A stretch of DNA of 64,000 nt, taken from the human T2T-CHM13v2.0 reference genome, Homo sapiens. Below the pieces are notes generated by a model, which saw nothing but the letters and a program-made list of their open reading frames with translations, made no database searches and had not been told where the DNA came from. Position 1 is the stretch's first letter. Each line of letters opens with the position of its first letter. The translations under genes and the position numbers were made by a program. Shown here in pieces: positions 1 through 15,724 of the stretch. Location: the NCBI RefSeq assembly GCF_009914755.1, contig NC_060941.1. One strand, 5' to 3'.

Positions 1-510
1 GAACAGAACACTGTTGTGTAAGTGTCTTCTTATCCTACTATACACACAATTATTTTGAAGCAGTCAGTCACTTTGCTGGTTTCTTTGGGCAAATGTGGCC
101 ATGATTCCCTAAAAGCTCTCAGTGTGTGATCAGCTGGGAGGAACGCCAACGCAGGCAGTGTCATCAGCAGGAACGCCAACACAGGCAAGAGACTCGCCAT
201 CGTAGGCAAGAGACTCAACTCATTTTTAAACGGAAGTTTCTGTCACTGCCATATCACGTGGCCAAGCCACTCATCTGGATTTTGCACCAAATGCATTGGA
301 CTGAATGGAAAAAACAAACTTTATTGGTAACAACTTGAAATTCACTTACAGAAGACTTGATGGCACCTAATTCCAAATCCATCATTATAGTTTGGGGATT
401 CAGTTAGATGCTAGGAATTTTAGATTTGGGGATTTTGATCTTTAGGGATTTCAAATTTCAGAATTACAGCACTGGAGATTCTGTCTTCCAGGACTGTGAC
501 AGGCACTGGT
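1..510 (-). mobile_element. MuDR/MULE DNA transposon relic (Ricksha-like)
   Basis: Minus strand translates to VCFFHSVQCIWCKIQMSGL (MULE CxFH motif) and ALAFLPAD...HLP...VTD. The 400-500 region has the repetitive GGGATT terminal pattern. Confidence 0.7.
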
Positions 511-514
511 TGAA

Positions 515-840
515 GCCCTAACCCCCTATTTGAGGTATTGTGGAAATGGGGCCTCTGGGAGATGATTAGATTTCACGTGAGGGTGGGGCTCTACTGGGAT
601 CAGTGTCTTTATAATAAGAGACACCACAGAGCCTGCTCTCTCTCCCTCTGTCTCTGCCATATCAGGGTTCAGAGAAAAGGTGGGTGTCTGCAAGCCAGGA
701 AGAGCCACATCAGAAAGCAAGCCCTGCCAGGTCTTGATCTAAGACTTTCCAGCTTCCAGAATTGTGAGAAAATAAATTCTGTTGTTTAAGCCACCTAGCC
801 TCTGGCATTTTGTTATGGCAGCCTGAGCTGATTAAGATAA
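515..840 (+). mobile_element. MaLR LTR (MLT1/MST-like)
   Basis: Typical MaLR 3' end: ccagcttccagaattgtgagaaaataaattctgttgtttaagccacc...gttatggcagcctgagctgattaaga. Confidence 0.75.
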
Positions 841-1022
841 TAATCCAGATCGTAGATGAAAATTAACTAAAAAATGGATTGTAGATCTGTATGTAAAACC
901 CAAAACTATACACTTTTTAGAAGAAAACAGGAGGAAAACTTTTGTGAACTGGGTTAGCCAAAGATTTCTTAGATACAACATCAAAACCACATCCATGGGC
1001 GGGGAGTGGGGAGCAAGGTGGC

Positions 1023-1303
1023 TGATATGGTTTGGCTGTGTCCCTACCCAAATCTCATCTTGAATTGTACTCCCATAATTCCCACGTGTTGTGGGAAGGA
1101 CCCAGTGGGAGATAACTGAATCATGAGGGCAGTTTCCCCCATACTGTTCTCATGGTAGTGAATAAGTCTCACAAGATCTGATGGTTTTACATGGGGTTTC
1201 CGATTTCGCTTCTCTCTCATTCTCTCTTTGCCTGTCGCCATCCACGTAAGCTTGGTCCTCCTTGCCTTCTGCCATGATTGTGAGGCCTCCCCAGCCAAGT
1301 GGA
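1023..1303 (+). mobile_element. THE1 LTR, 3'-truncated, within the L1 5' UTR
   Basis: Begins tgatatggtttggctgtgtccctacccaaatctcatcttgaattgt, the THE1 5' consensus pattern. Confidence 0.85.
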
Positions 1304-4300
1304 ATGCAGATGCAGCTTAGATCGCAACACTCAAGTCCTACTGACTACCTGGAAAGCCTTTCCAAGAAGGACAGGTACGAACAAACATAGACTGCAAAGA
1401 CTATATGACAAATACCTATCTCTGCAATGCCCAGACACAGATGAACATCCATAAGCATCAAGACCATCCTGGAAAACATGACCTTACCAAATGAACTAAA
1501 TGAGGCACCAGGGACCAATCCTGGAGAAACAGAGATATGTGACCTTTCAGTCAGAGAATTCAAAGTAGTTGTTCTGAGGAAACTCAGAGAAATTCAAGAT
1601 AACACAGAAGGTATTCGGAATTCTATTTAAAAAAATTAACAAAGAGATTAAAATAATTAAAAAGAAGCAGAAATTCTGGAGCTGAAAAATGCAGTTGACA
1701 TACTAAAGAATGAATCAGAACTTTTTAATAGCAGAATTGATCAAGCAGAAGAATTAGTGAGCTTGAAGAAAGGCTATTTGAAAATACATAGTCAGAGAAG
1801 ACAAAATAAAAAAGAATAAACAATAATGAAGCATGCCTACAATATCTAGAAAATCACCTCAAAAGGGCAAATCTAAGAGTTATTGGCCCTAAAAAGGAGG
1901 TAGAGAGATAGGGGTAGAAAATTTATTCAAAGGGATAATAACTTCCCAAACCTAGAGAAAGCTATCAATATCCAAGAATAAAGAGGTTATAGAACACCAA
2001 GCAGATTTAACCCAAAGAAGACTACCTCAAGGCATTTAATAATCAAACTCCTGAAGGTCAAGGATAAAGAAAGGACCCTACAAGCAGCAAGAGAAAAGAA
2101 ACAAATAACACAATGGAGCTGCAATATGTCTGGCAGCAGACTTTTCGGTAGAAACTTTACAGGTCAGTCTTTCATGCCTAGGAGAGGATGGCATGACATA
2201 TGTAACGTGCTGAAGGAAAAAACTTTTACACTAGAATAGTATATCCAATGAAAATATCCTTCAAACATGAAGGAGAGATAAAGACTTTCCCAGACAAACA
2301 AAAGCTGAGGGATATTATCAACACCAGACCTGTCCTACAAGAAATGCTAAAGAGAGTACTTTAATCAGAAAGAAAGGGATATTAATGAGCAAAAAGAAAT
2401 CACCTGAAGGTACAAAACTCACTGCTAATATGAGTACACAGAAAAACACAAAGTATTATAATGCTGTAACTGTGGTGTGTAAACTACTCTTAAGTGAAAG
2501 ACTGAACAATGAACCAATCAAAAAGAATAACTATAATAACTTTTCAACAGATAGTACAATAAGATATAAATAGAAACAACAAAAAGTTAAAAAGTGGGGG
2601 ACAAAGTTAAGGTATAGAGTTTTTATTAGTTTTCTTTTTGCTTGCATGTTTGTTTATGCAAATAGTATTAAGTTGTTATTAGCTTAAAATAATGGGTAAT
2701 AAGATAATATTTGTAAGCCTGGTGGTAACCTCAAATAAAAAATATACAATGAATACACAAACCATAAAAAGCAAGAAATCAAATCATATTGCCAGAGAAA
2801 ATCACCTTCACTAAAAGGAAGACATGAAGGAAGGAAAGGAAGAGGAGAATACCAAAATACAACCAGAAAACAAATAACAAAATGGCAGGAGTAAGTCCTT
2901 ATTTATCAATAGTAACATTAAATGTAAGTGGATTAAATTCTCCAATCAAAAGACATAGAGTGGCTGAATGGATTAAAAAACAAGACCCAATGATCTGTTG
3001 CCTACAAGAAACACACCTGGCTTCTAAAGAAACAGGCTTAAAATAAAGCAGTGGAAAAACATACTCCATGCCAATGGAACCAGAAAAGAGCAGGAGTAGC
3101 TATACTTATATTGAGGGTCTATCTCAGATGAAATAGATTTAAAGAAAAAAATTATGAGACAAAGAAGGTCACCATATGATGATAAAAAGGTCAACTCAAG
3201 AGAATATAACAGTCATAAATATATATGCACCCAATATTGTAGCACCCAGATATATAAAGCAAAATATTATTAAAGCTAAAGAGATAGACCCTCAATATAA
3301 TAACATCTGGAGACTTCAACACCCTCTTCAACACCTTCAATTTTCAGCACTGAACAGATTTTCCAGACAGAAAATCAACAAGAAACATTGGACTTAATCT
3401 GTGCTACAGACCAAATGGACCTAATAGATATTTACAAAATATTTCCTCCATTGGCTGCGGAGTACACATTCTTTTCCGCAGCACATGGATCATCCTCAAG
3501 GACAGATCATTTGTTAGGTCACAAAACAAGTCTTACAACATTAAAAAAAAAAACACCTGAAATAATATCAAGCATCTCCTCTGACTACTAAAATATCTAG
3601 TTTTATTTAATGGACTAAAACTAGAAATCAATAAGAGGAATTTTGGAAACTATACAAACAATGGTAATTTAACAATATGCTCCTGAATGACAAGTGGGTC
3701 AATGAAGAAAGTAAGAAGGAACTTAAAACATTTCTTGAAACAAATGATAATGGAAACACAACATACCAAAACCTATAGGATATAGCAAAAACAGTACTAA
3801 GAAGGAAGTTTTAAATAGTTATAAGTGTCTACATCAAAAAAGAAGAAAACCTTCAAATAAACAACCTAACAATGCATCTTAAGCAACTAGAAAAGCAACA
3901 AACCCAAAATTAGTAGAAGAAAATAAATAACAAAAATCAGAGCAGAAATAAATGAATTCAACATAAAGAAAATACAAAAGATCAATGAAACAAAAAGTTG
4001 GTTCTTTGAAAAGATAAACAAAATTGATAAACTTTTAGCCAGACTAACAAAAAAAGAGAGAACACCCAAATAAAATCAGGGATGAAAAGAGAGACATTAC
4101 AACTGATACTGGAGAAATTCAAAGAAATTAGTGGCTAGTATGAGCAAGTATACACCAATAAATTGGAAAATCTAAGGGAAAAATTTAGAAAAATTAGAAA
4201 TAAATCTAGGGGAAGAGATCTAGAAAATCTAGGAAAAAAAATCAAAATTCCTAGACACATACAGCCTACCAAGACTGAACCATGAAAAAATCCAAAACCT

Positions 4301-5075
4301 AAATAGATCAATAACAAGTAACAGGGTCAAAGTCATAATACAAAGTCTCCTAGCAAAGAAAAGCCTGGGACCCAATGGCTTCACTGCTGAAATCTACCAA
4401 ACATTTAAAGAACTAATACCAATCCTACCCAAATTATTCCAAAAAATAGAGGAGGAAGGAATACTTCCAAACTCACTCTACAAGACCAATTTTACCCTGA
4501 TACCAAAACCAGACAAAGACACATAAAAAAATTAAAACTATAGGCCAATATCACTGTAACCACTGAAATCCTCAACAAAGTACTAGCAAACCGAATTCAA
4601 CAACACATTAAAAAGATCATTCATCACGACCAAGTGGGATTTATTCCAGGGATGCAAGGATAGTTCAACATATGCAAATCAATTAATGTGATACATCATG
4701 TCAACAGAATAGACACAAAAACCATATGATCAATTCAATTCATGCTGAAAAAGCATTTGATAACATTCAACATCTCTTCATGATTAAAAATCCTAAAAAG
4801 CAAGGTATAGAAGGAACATCCCTTAACATAATAAAAGCCATATACAAAAGATCCACAATTAGTATCATATTGAATGAAGAAAAACTGAAAGCCTTTCCTC
4901 TGAGATTGGGAACATGACAAGCATGCCTACTGTCACCACTGTTATTCAACATTGTACTGAAAGTCCTAGCTAAAGCAATCAGGCAAGAGAAATAAAGGGC
5001 ATCCAAATTGGAAAGGAAGAAGTCAAATTCTCCATGTTTGCAGATGATATAATCTTATATTTTAAAAAAACCTAA

Positions 5076-5467
<392 letters not shown>

Positions 5468-5521
5468 ATCAGTAGCATTTCTATATGCCAACAGTGAACA
5501 ATTTGAAAAAGAAATCAAGAA

Positions 5522-5879
5522 AGTAATCTCATTTACAATAGCTACAAATAAAATAAAATATCTAGGAATTAACTAAAATAAAAGAGTGAAAGATCTCTAC
5601 AATGAAAACTATAAAACACTGATGCAAGAAATTAAAGAAGAGTAATCTCATTTACAATAGTGATAACTAAAATAAAATGCCTAGGAATTAACTCAACCAA
5701 AGGAGTGAAAGATCTCTACGATGAAAACTATAAAACACTGATGCAAGAAATTAAAGAAGAGTAATCTCATTTACAACAGTGATAACTAAAATAAAATTAC
5801 CAAGGAATTAACTCAACCAAAGGAGTGAAAGATCTCTATGATGAAAACTATAAAACACTGATGCAAGAAATTAAAGAAG
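5522..5879 (+). repeat. Three tandem ~119-bp copies within L1 ORF2
   Basis: agtaatctcatttacaa...gatgcaagaaattaaagaag repeated at about 5522, 5641 and 5760. Confidence 0.9.
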
Positions 5880-5951
5880 GCACCAAAAAAATGGAAAGAT
5901 ATTCCAGGTTCACGGATTCGAAGAACGACTATTGTTAAAATATCTATACTA

Positions 5952-6322
<371 letters not shown>

Positions 6323-7704
6323 ATAGAAAACACAACCCTAAAATTTATATGAAACCACAGAAGAACCAGAATAGCCCCAGCTATCCTAAGCAAGAGGAAC
6401 AAAATTGGAGGAATCACATTACCTGACTTAGACTACAGAGCTATAGCAATCAAAACAGCATGGTACTTGCATAAAAACAGACACATAGATCCGTGGAACA
6501 GAATAGAGAACCCATAGATAAATCAATATATCTACAGTGAACTCATTTTTGACAAACATGCCAAGAACTTACATTGGGGAAGAGATGGTCTCTTCAATAA
6601 ATGGTGTTGGGAAAACTGGATATCCATATGCAAAAGAATGAAATTAGACCCCTATCTTTCACCATATGCAAAAATCAAATCAAAATGGATTAAAGACTTA
6701 CATTTAAGACTTCAAACTATGAAACTACTGAAAGAAAACATTGGGGAAATTCTCTAGGACATTGGACTGGGCAACGATTTCTTGAGTAAGACCCCACAAG
6801 CACAGGCAACCAAAGCAAAAATGGGCAGACGGGATCACATCAAGTTAAAAAGCTTCTGTACAGCAAAGGAAACTATCAACAAAGTGAAGAGACAACCCAC
6901 AGAATGGGAGAAAATATTTGTAAATTACCCATCTGACAAGGGATTAATAACCAGAACATATACAGAGCTCAAACAACTCTAGGAAAAATAGAATAATCCG
7001 ATTAAATGTGGGCAAAAGATCTGAACAGACACTTCTCAAAAGAAGACAAATAGCAAACAGGCACATGAAAAGGTGCTCAACATCACTGATCATCAGAGAA
7101 ATGCAAATAAAACATACAATTTTTCTCATTCCAGTTAAAATGGCTTTTATCCAAAAAATCAGTCCATAACAAATGCTGGTGAAGATGTGAAGAAAAGGGA
7201 ACCCCTGTACAATGTCGGTGGGAATGTAAATTAGTACAACCACTATGGAGAACAGTTTGGAGGTTCCTCAAAAAACTAAAAATAGAGCCACTGTATGATC
7301 CAGCAATCCCTCTCCTGGGTATATGCTCAAAAGAAAGGAAATCAGTATATCAAAGAGTTGCCTGCACTCACGTATTCACTGCAGCACTATTCACAATAGC
7401 CAAGATTTGGAAACAATCTAAATGTCTATCATCACATGAATGAATAAAGAAATGTGGTACATACACACAATGAAGTGTATGAATGAGATCCTGGCATTTG
7501 CAACAACATAGACGGCACTGGGGGGTCATTATGTTAAGTGAAATAAGCCAGACACAGAAAGACAAACTTCACATGTTCTCGCTTATTTGTGGGAGCTAAA
7601 CATTCAAACAATTGACCTCATGGAGATAGAGAATAAAAGGATGGTTACCAGAGGCTGGGAAGAGTAGTGGGTGGTGGGAGGGAAGTAGGGAAGGTTAATG
7701 GGTT

Positions 7705-7800
7705 TAAAAAAAAAAATATATATATATATATATCTATATCTATCTAGATCTATCTATCTATCTATATCTATATATAGATATATATCTAGATATATATAGT
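7705..7800. repeat. A-tract plus (TA)n/(TATC)n microsatellite
   Basis: aaaaaatatatatata...tctatatctatctagatctatc...atatatctagatatatatag. Confidence 0.9.
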
Positions 7801-8106
7801 TACAAAGAATGAATAAGACCTAGAATTTGCTGGCACAACAGGGTGACTATAGTCAAAATTAGTTTAACTCTACACTTAAAAATAACTAAAAGAATATAGT
7901 TGTATTGTTTGTAACACAAAGGATAAATGCTTGAGGTGAAGTGACGGATACCCCATTTACCCTGATGTGATTATCATGCACTGCATGCCTATATGCAAAT
8001 ATCTCACATAATCCATAAATATACGTACTTACTATGTACCCACAATAATTTAAAAAAATTTTAAATCTAAAAAAGCATGTCCATAAAAGGAAAATAGATA
8101 AATTGA

Positions 8107-8429
<323 letters not shown>

Positions 8430-8936
8430 CAAAAATTACAACTTCTACTCTTTGAAAGACATTGTTAAAAGAATGAAAAGACAAGCCACTGACTCAGAAA
8501 ACATATTTACAAAGTCTGACAAAGGACTTGTGTCTGGAATATATAAACAACTCTTAAAATTCAACAATAAGAATGCAAACAATTCAACACAAAAATGGGC
8601 AAAGGATGTGAACAGACACTTTACCAAAGAAGATACACGGATGGCAAATACATCTACGAAAAGATGTTTCACATTATTACCCATTTGAGAAATGCAAACT
8701 AAAATCACCACGAGATACCACTACATACCTACTAGATTAGCTAAAATTAAAAAAAAAAAAAGATCATATCAAGAGTTGGCAAGGACATGGAAGAACTGAA
8801 TTCTCATACATGGCTTGAGAATGTAAAATGGTGCAACCAATTTGGAAAGCACTTTGGCAGTTTCTTTAAAAGTGAAACACATCCCTACCATATGAACCAG
8901 CCCTTCCACTTCTAAGTATTTTCCCAAGAGAAAAGG

Positions 8937-9117
8937 CTGGACATATATTCACTGTCATGCACACACAAAGGCTTGTACATATGTTCACTGTCATGCACAA
9001 AGGCTTGTACATATGTTCACTGTCATGCACACACAAAGGCTTGTACATATGTTCACTGTCATGCACACACAAAGGCTTGTACATATGTTCACTGTCATGC
9101 ACAAAGGCTTGTACACA
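8937..9117. repeat. ~32-36-bp minisatellite, ~5 copies
   Basis: Unit tgtacatatgttcactgtcatgcac(acac)aaaggct. Confidence 0.9.
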
Positions 9118-9198
9118 AATGTGCAAGGAACTGGAACAACTCAAATGTCCATCTACAGCTAAGTGGGTAAACAAATTGTACATCCACACCACAGAACA

Positions 9199-10584
<1,386 letters not shown>

Positions 10585-11559
10585 CTGTGAGCGAGCCACG
10601 CATCTGGACCCACAGTAATTATGCTGAGTGAAGGTGGCCAGACCAGTGAAGCACACAGCACATGACTGCATTTACCTGAGCCTCCAGCAAATGTAAAACT
10701 GCTGTGCAGGCAGAAAGTGGGTCATGGTTGCATGGTGTGGGGAGGGCTCCGGGATGGACAGGAGGAAACTTGGGGTGTTGGATATATGTGTTCACTGTGT
10801 TGACTGTGGTGGGTCACTGGGGTACAGACACATGTCAAAACCGATCAAACTGTACATTTGAAATAGGGGCCATTTGCTGTATGTCAGTTATACATCAACA
10901 AAGCTATACATCAACAAAGGTATACATCAACAAGACAAATGGACAAATCACTGTAAATCCCATAAAGCCTCTAGCTCTAAGTACTACTTTGCAGGAACTC
11001 CAGGGACAGAGGAATCTGTTAAATGAGACCAGGGAGATGCAATCAGCAGAAGTCGGACTACTGAAAGCACCGATGGCAAATCATTCAACATCGTCCACAA
11101 CATAGTCAAGGAAAAGGAAGACGGAGGAATCTGGATATTTAAAGGGATTTATCAACAACTGCAATGTATGCACCTTCTTTAGATCTCAATTCAAACCAGA
11201 AACTGTGAAGAAAAAAGGAAGAAGATGAGAAAGTGGACAAGGAGGAGAAAAACAGAACTTTATGAAACAGAAAGTCCCAGGAAGGAACACTTCGGCATCC
11301 TTCAAGTCAACACAGGGTGTAGGACTCCATTTACGTAAAATTCCAGCAAACGTAAACCAGTCTATGGTCACAGAAAGCAGAGGGGCGGGCGGGGTGGGGG
11401 ACGGGAGCCCCTCTAGGTGCTGGGTGTGTGACCTGCACACAGAGACATCTGAGAGGAACAAGTGGTGGGTTTGCAGTAACATCGTTTTTTCTCTGTAATT
11501 TTTTATATTGCTTGACTTTATGAAACAGTGAAGCATAACTTTTGACAAATGCAATAAAG

Positions 11560-11853
<294 letters not shown>

Positions 11854-12604
11854 TAAATTTCCCACACTATACTGGCATGAAGGTCTATTTTAAAATTGTT
11901 TTAAGTGAATACAGTATGTAACTGATAAAAGAACATTGATTCATTTTAATTAAAAAACATGAAAATAAAAAACTCTTCTATGGGCATCAAAGCTAACACT
12001 CAGGAGAAAGCCTGCCCCCACGGGGCAGCTCAGCCATGGCCTCCGGGGAACCCGCTCTCGGTGACAGCGCTCTGACCGCGGTCTGGAGCTGGGCTGAAAC
12101 TCAACATGTGTCCAGACTGCTGCAGTTCAGAACCAGCTTGGCAACGCCGAACCGCATTCCGGTTTGCACGAGGTGCACGTTACTTAGAAAAGTAGCCACA
12201 GTCTGCCTGAGTTCCCGTTTTAAGTATTTTCACAACTTCACTGAAAAGCACAGCAACTCACTCACAGTGTGCAGCCTAGTCACCAGGACACGCGCCCTCG
12301 GCCGCTAGCTCGTACAGGGAAGGGCTGTCATGACATGACCACAAGATGGTCTCTGCCTCCCCCAGGGGCAGCCAAGGGCCCCACAGAGGATGGCAGGGAC
12401 AAGCCACCCATGTGGCAACGGCCACGTCCCCTCCCTCAGACGGCAGCCAGTCATACCCGAGGCGGCACCGCGGGCGGCCCCGTGTCCAGTCTCACAGAAG
12501 CACAGTCCACTGCCGAGGACACCCTGTTGTCCACATCGCATGCAGCAGCCTGGCTCTTGGAACGTGCTGGGGGCACACGGGACACGGAGACGCTGAAACA
12601 CTAG

Positions 12605-14200
12605 CTGTGGGATTCCTGAGCCCGCCCTCCCACTCTCTGCAGTCCGCGTGTGGGATTCCTGAGCCCGCCCTCCGCGTGTGGGATTCCTGAGCCCGCCCTC
12701 CCGCCCTCCGCAGTCCGCGTGTGGGATTCCTGAGCCCGCCCTCCCGCCCTCCGCGTGTGGGATTCCTGAGCCCGCCCTCCCACTCTCTGCAGTCCGCGTG
12801 TGGGATTCCTGAGCACGCCCTCCCGCCCTCCGCGTGTGGGATTCCTGAGCCCGCCCTCCCGGCCTCCGCGTGTGGGATTCCTGAGCCCGCCCTCCCGCCC
12901 TCCGCGTGTGGGATTCCTGAGCTCGCCCTCCCACTCTCTGCAGTCCGCGTGTGGGATTCCTGAGCCCGCCCTCCCACTCTCTGCAGTCCGCGTGTGGGAT
13001 TCCTGAGCCCGCCCTCCCGCCCTCCGCGTGTGGGATTCCTGAGCCCGCCCTCCCGCCCTCCGCGTGTGGGATTCCTGAGCTCGCCCTCCCACTCTCTGCA
13101 GTCCGCGTGTGGGATTCCTGAGCCCGCCCTCCCACTCTCTGCAGTCCGCGTGTGGGATTCCTGAGCTCGCCCTCCCACTCTCTGCAGTCCGCGTGTGGGA
13201 TTCCTGAGCCCGCCCTCCCACTCTCTGCAGTCCGCGTGTGGGATTCCTGAGCTCGCCCTCCCACTCTCTGCAGTCCGCGTGTGGGATTCCTGAGCTCGCC
13301 CTCCCACCCTCCGCGTGTGGGATTCCTGAGCCCGCCCTCCCGCCCTCCGCGTGTGGGATTCCTGAGCTCGCCCTCCCACTCTCTGCAGTCCGCATGTGGG
13401 ATTCCTGAGCTCGCCCTCCCACCCTCCGCAGTCCGCGTGTGTGATTCCTGAGCTCGCCCTCCCACCCTCCGCAGTCCGCGTGTGGGATTCCTGAGCCCGC
13501 CCTCCCACTCTCTGCAGTCCGCGTGTGGGATTCCTGAGCCCGCCCTCCCACTCTCTGCAGTCCGCGTGTGGGATTCCTGAGCCCGCCCTCCCACCCTCCG
13601 CAGTCCGCGTGTGGGATTCCTGAGCTCGCCCTCCCACCCTCCGCAGTCCGCGTGTGGGATTCCTGAGCCCGCCCTCCCACTCTCTGCAGTCCGCGTGTGG
13701 GATTCCTGAGCCCGCCCTCCCACCCTCCGCAGTCCGCGTGTGGGATTCCTGAGCCCGCCCTCCCACCCTCTGCAGTCCGCGTGTGGGATTCCTGAGCCCG
13801 CCCTCCCACTCTCTGCAGTCCGCGTGTGGGATTCCTGAGCTCGCCTTCCTGCCCTCTGCGGTCTGCGTGTGGGATTCCTGAGCCCGCCCTCCCGCCCTCC
13901 GCGTGTGGGATTCCTGAGCTCGCCCTCCCACTCTCTGCAGTCCGCATGTGGGATTCCTGAGCTCGCCCTCCCACCCTCCGCAGTCCGCGTGTGGGATTCC
14001 TGAGCTCGCCCTCCCACCCTCCGCAGTCCGCGTGTGGGATTCCTGAGCCCGCCCTCCCACTCTCTGCAGTCCGCGTGTGGGATTCCTGAGCCCGCCCTCC
14101 CACCCTCCGCAGTCCGCGTGTGGGATTCCTGAGCTCGCCTTCCTGCCCTCTGCGGTCTGCGTGTGGGATTACTGAGCTCACCCTCCCGCCCTCCGCGTGT
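12605..14200. repeat. GC-rich VNTR of ~35-43-bp units, ~1.6 kb
   Basis: Unit gtgtgggattcctgagc(c/t)cgccctccc + (gccctccgc | actctctgcagtccgc | accctccgcagtccgc). Confidence 0.97.
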
Positions 14201-14460
14201 AAGTGGACCTGTGCGGTCGGGTTTCCCAGCTCAGAACTTGAACCAGCCTGAACTGCCGGCCTGAGACCAGCCTAGCACATGTGTCCGCTGGGGCCACTCT
14301 CATCTTCCACTCTGTGCGATTGATGGCATGTGAGTGAAGGCGAGGACAGAAGGACCACGGCCCACGACGACGCAGACACAAGAGGCCACAGCATAATGCA
14401 TGAGATGGCGCCCAGAGGCGACCTGTGCACCTGCCCCAGACAAGGCGCCAGGCGAGGTAC

Positions 14461-14556
14461 CTGGGTTAGGAGCTGCTCCGGCGTCAGCTGGTTGATCCAA
14501 CGTGTGTATCGTTCGGTGGAGTTAGGGGGATCTCTCCTCACTCTGCAACCAATGAT
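14461..14556 (-). CDS. B3GNTL1: B3GNTL1 exon 6 ([32 protein letters not shown])
   Basis: Acceptor gtttttcacag|ATC, donor CAG|gtacct, 96 nt. Peptide is visible within ORF 14272..14619(-). Confidence 0.95.
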
Positions 14557-15724
14557 CTGTGAAAAACAACGGCAGACAGAGCTCAAAACAAAGTCAGGTA
14601 CGCAGGTGCATGTGCACACCTGTGTGTATTCATCTCACATGTTTTAGGCAGAGATGTCCAGACAGGAAACTGAAATGCTGCAAATCTGGGTCAGGCAAAC
14701 ACCGGGAGTCGAGGGCGAGGAGGAGGAGGGATGCCTGCTTTTGCTTGGGGACAGCATAGCAACGATGGGCACGACAGAAGACGGCCCTGGACGCGCATCT
14801 TGGCGGTGAACCACAGAGCTGCCCTGGGCTGGATTGAGAATATGTCACAGATGACATTTCCCCTTAATGAACTCAAATCAAATGGCCCATATGCAAGGTG
14901 AGTTATTTCTAAGAACTCACTTCTTGAATCACATGCAAAGTGGATGTGAGGAAACCGCTGCCTGTCCGCAGGCCGCCCGTCTGAACCTGCTCCATTCAGC
15001 TCAGGAAAGCAGCGTCCCTAAGTGGAGAAGAGCCTTGCTACCAGCTGGCTTCCTCCAGGGCCGACAACCCTCTCCCCGGGCATCCAGGCCAGCACCCCTG
15101 CCTCAGGTGACATCCTGTCAGTAGCCTTGACCCCCTCCCGGGCCCTGCAGAGCCTCAGAGCATCACCTGCCTCAGCCTTTCTCAACCCTTCCCCCGCCCT
15201 CCGCCCTGCCCGGCCCCCTCCAGCCTGACCTCTGCCCCGGAGTGGGCTCCCAGCACTCAGCCCTGGCTCTGTTCTGCTCCTGAGATCCAGAGGTAGGAGG
15301 GCAGGTCCTTCAGGGCTCACACTCACCTTGCAGTGGGAGGAGCTGGCTGGAGAGAGGGCACCTGGGCGCGTCCGTAGGAAACAGCACCCACCCCAAGTGA
15401 GGGCCCAGGGCCAGCAGAGCCTCCCGAGTAGACGTTCTCACAGCACAGGCCCCAGGTCACAAGTCCCAGCGGACGCAGCTGATTCCGTCTCACCCAAGAC
15501 CAACAAGGAGACAATAGTGAAAATGTAACTGTGGTCCAAAGAGTGGTATCAGTGAGCCAGTCTCCTAACTCGGAAGCGATGAAGTCACACCGAGGCATCT
15601 GAGGCCCCTGGATCTGTCTCCAACTTGTGTAGCGTTTACGCGTAGTGAGTGATTCTTTTCTACCAATGCAGTTAATGACGTGCTTGGGGGAGGCTTCTGT
15701 TTGCATTTGTTGTTGTTGTTGTTT

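Noticed and set aside
12305-14181. Three 520-570-aa ORFs on the minus strand
   Set aside because: They are translations of a stop-free VNTR in all three frames, with no domain or gene structure.
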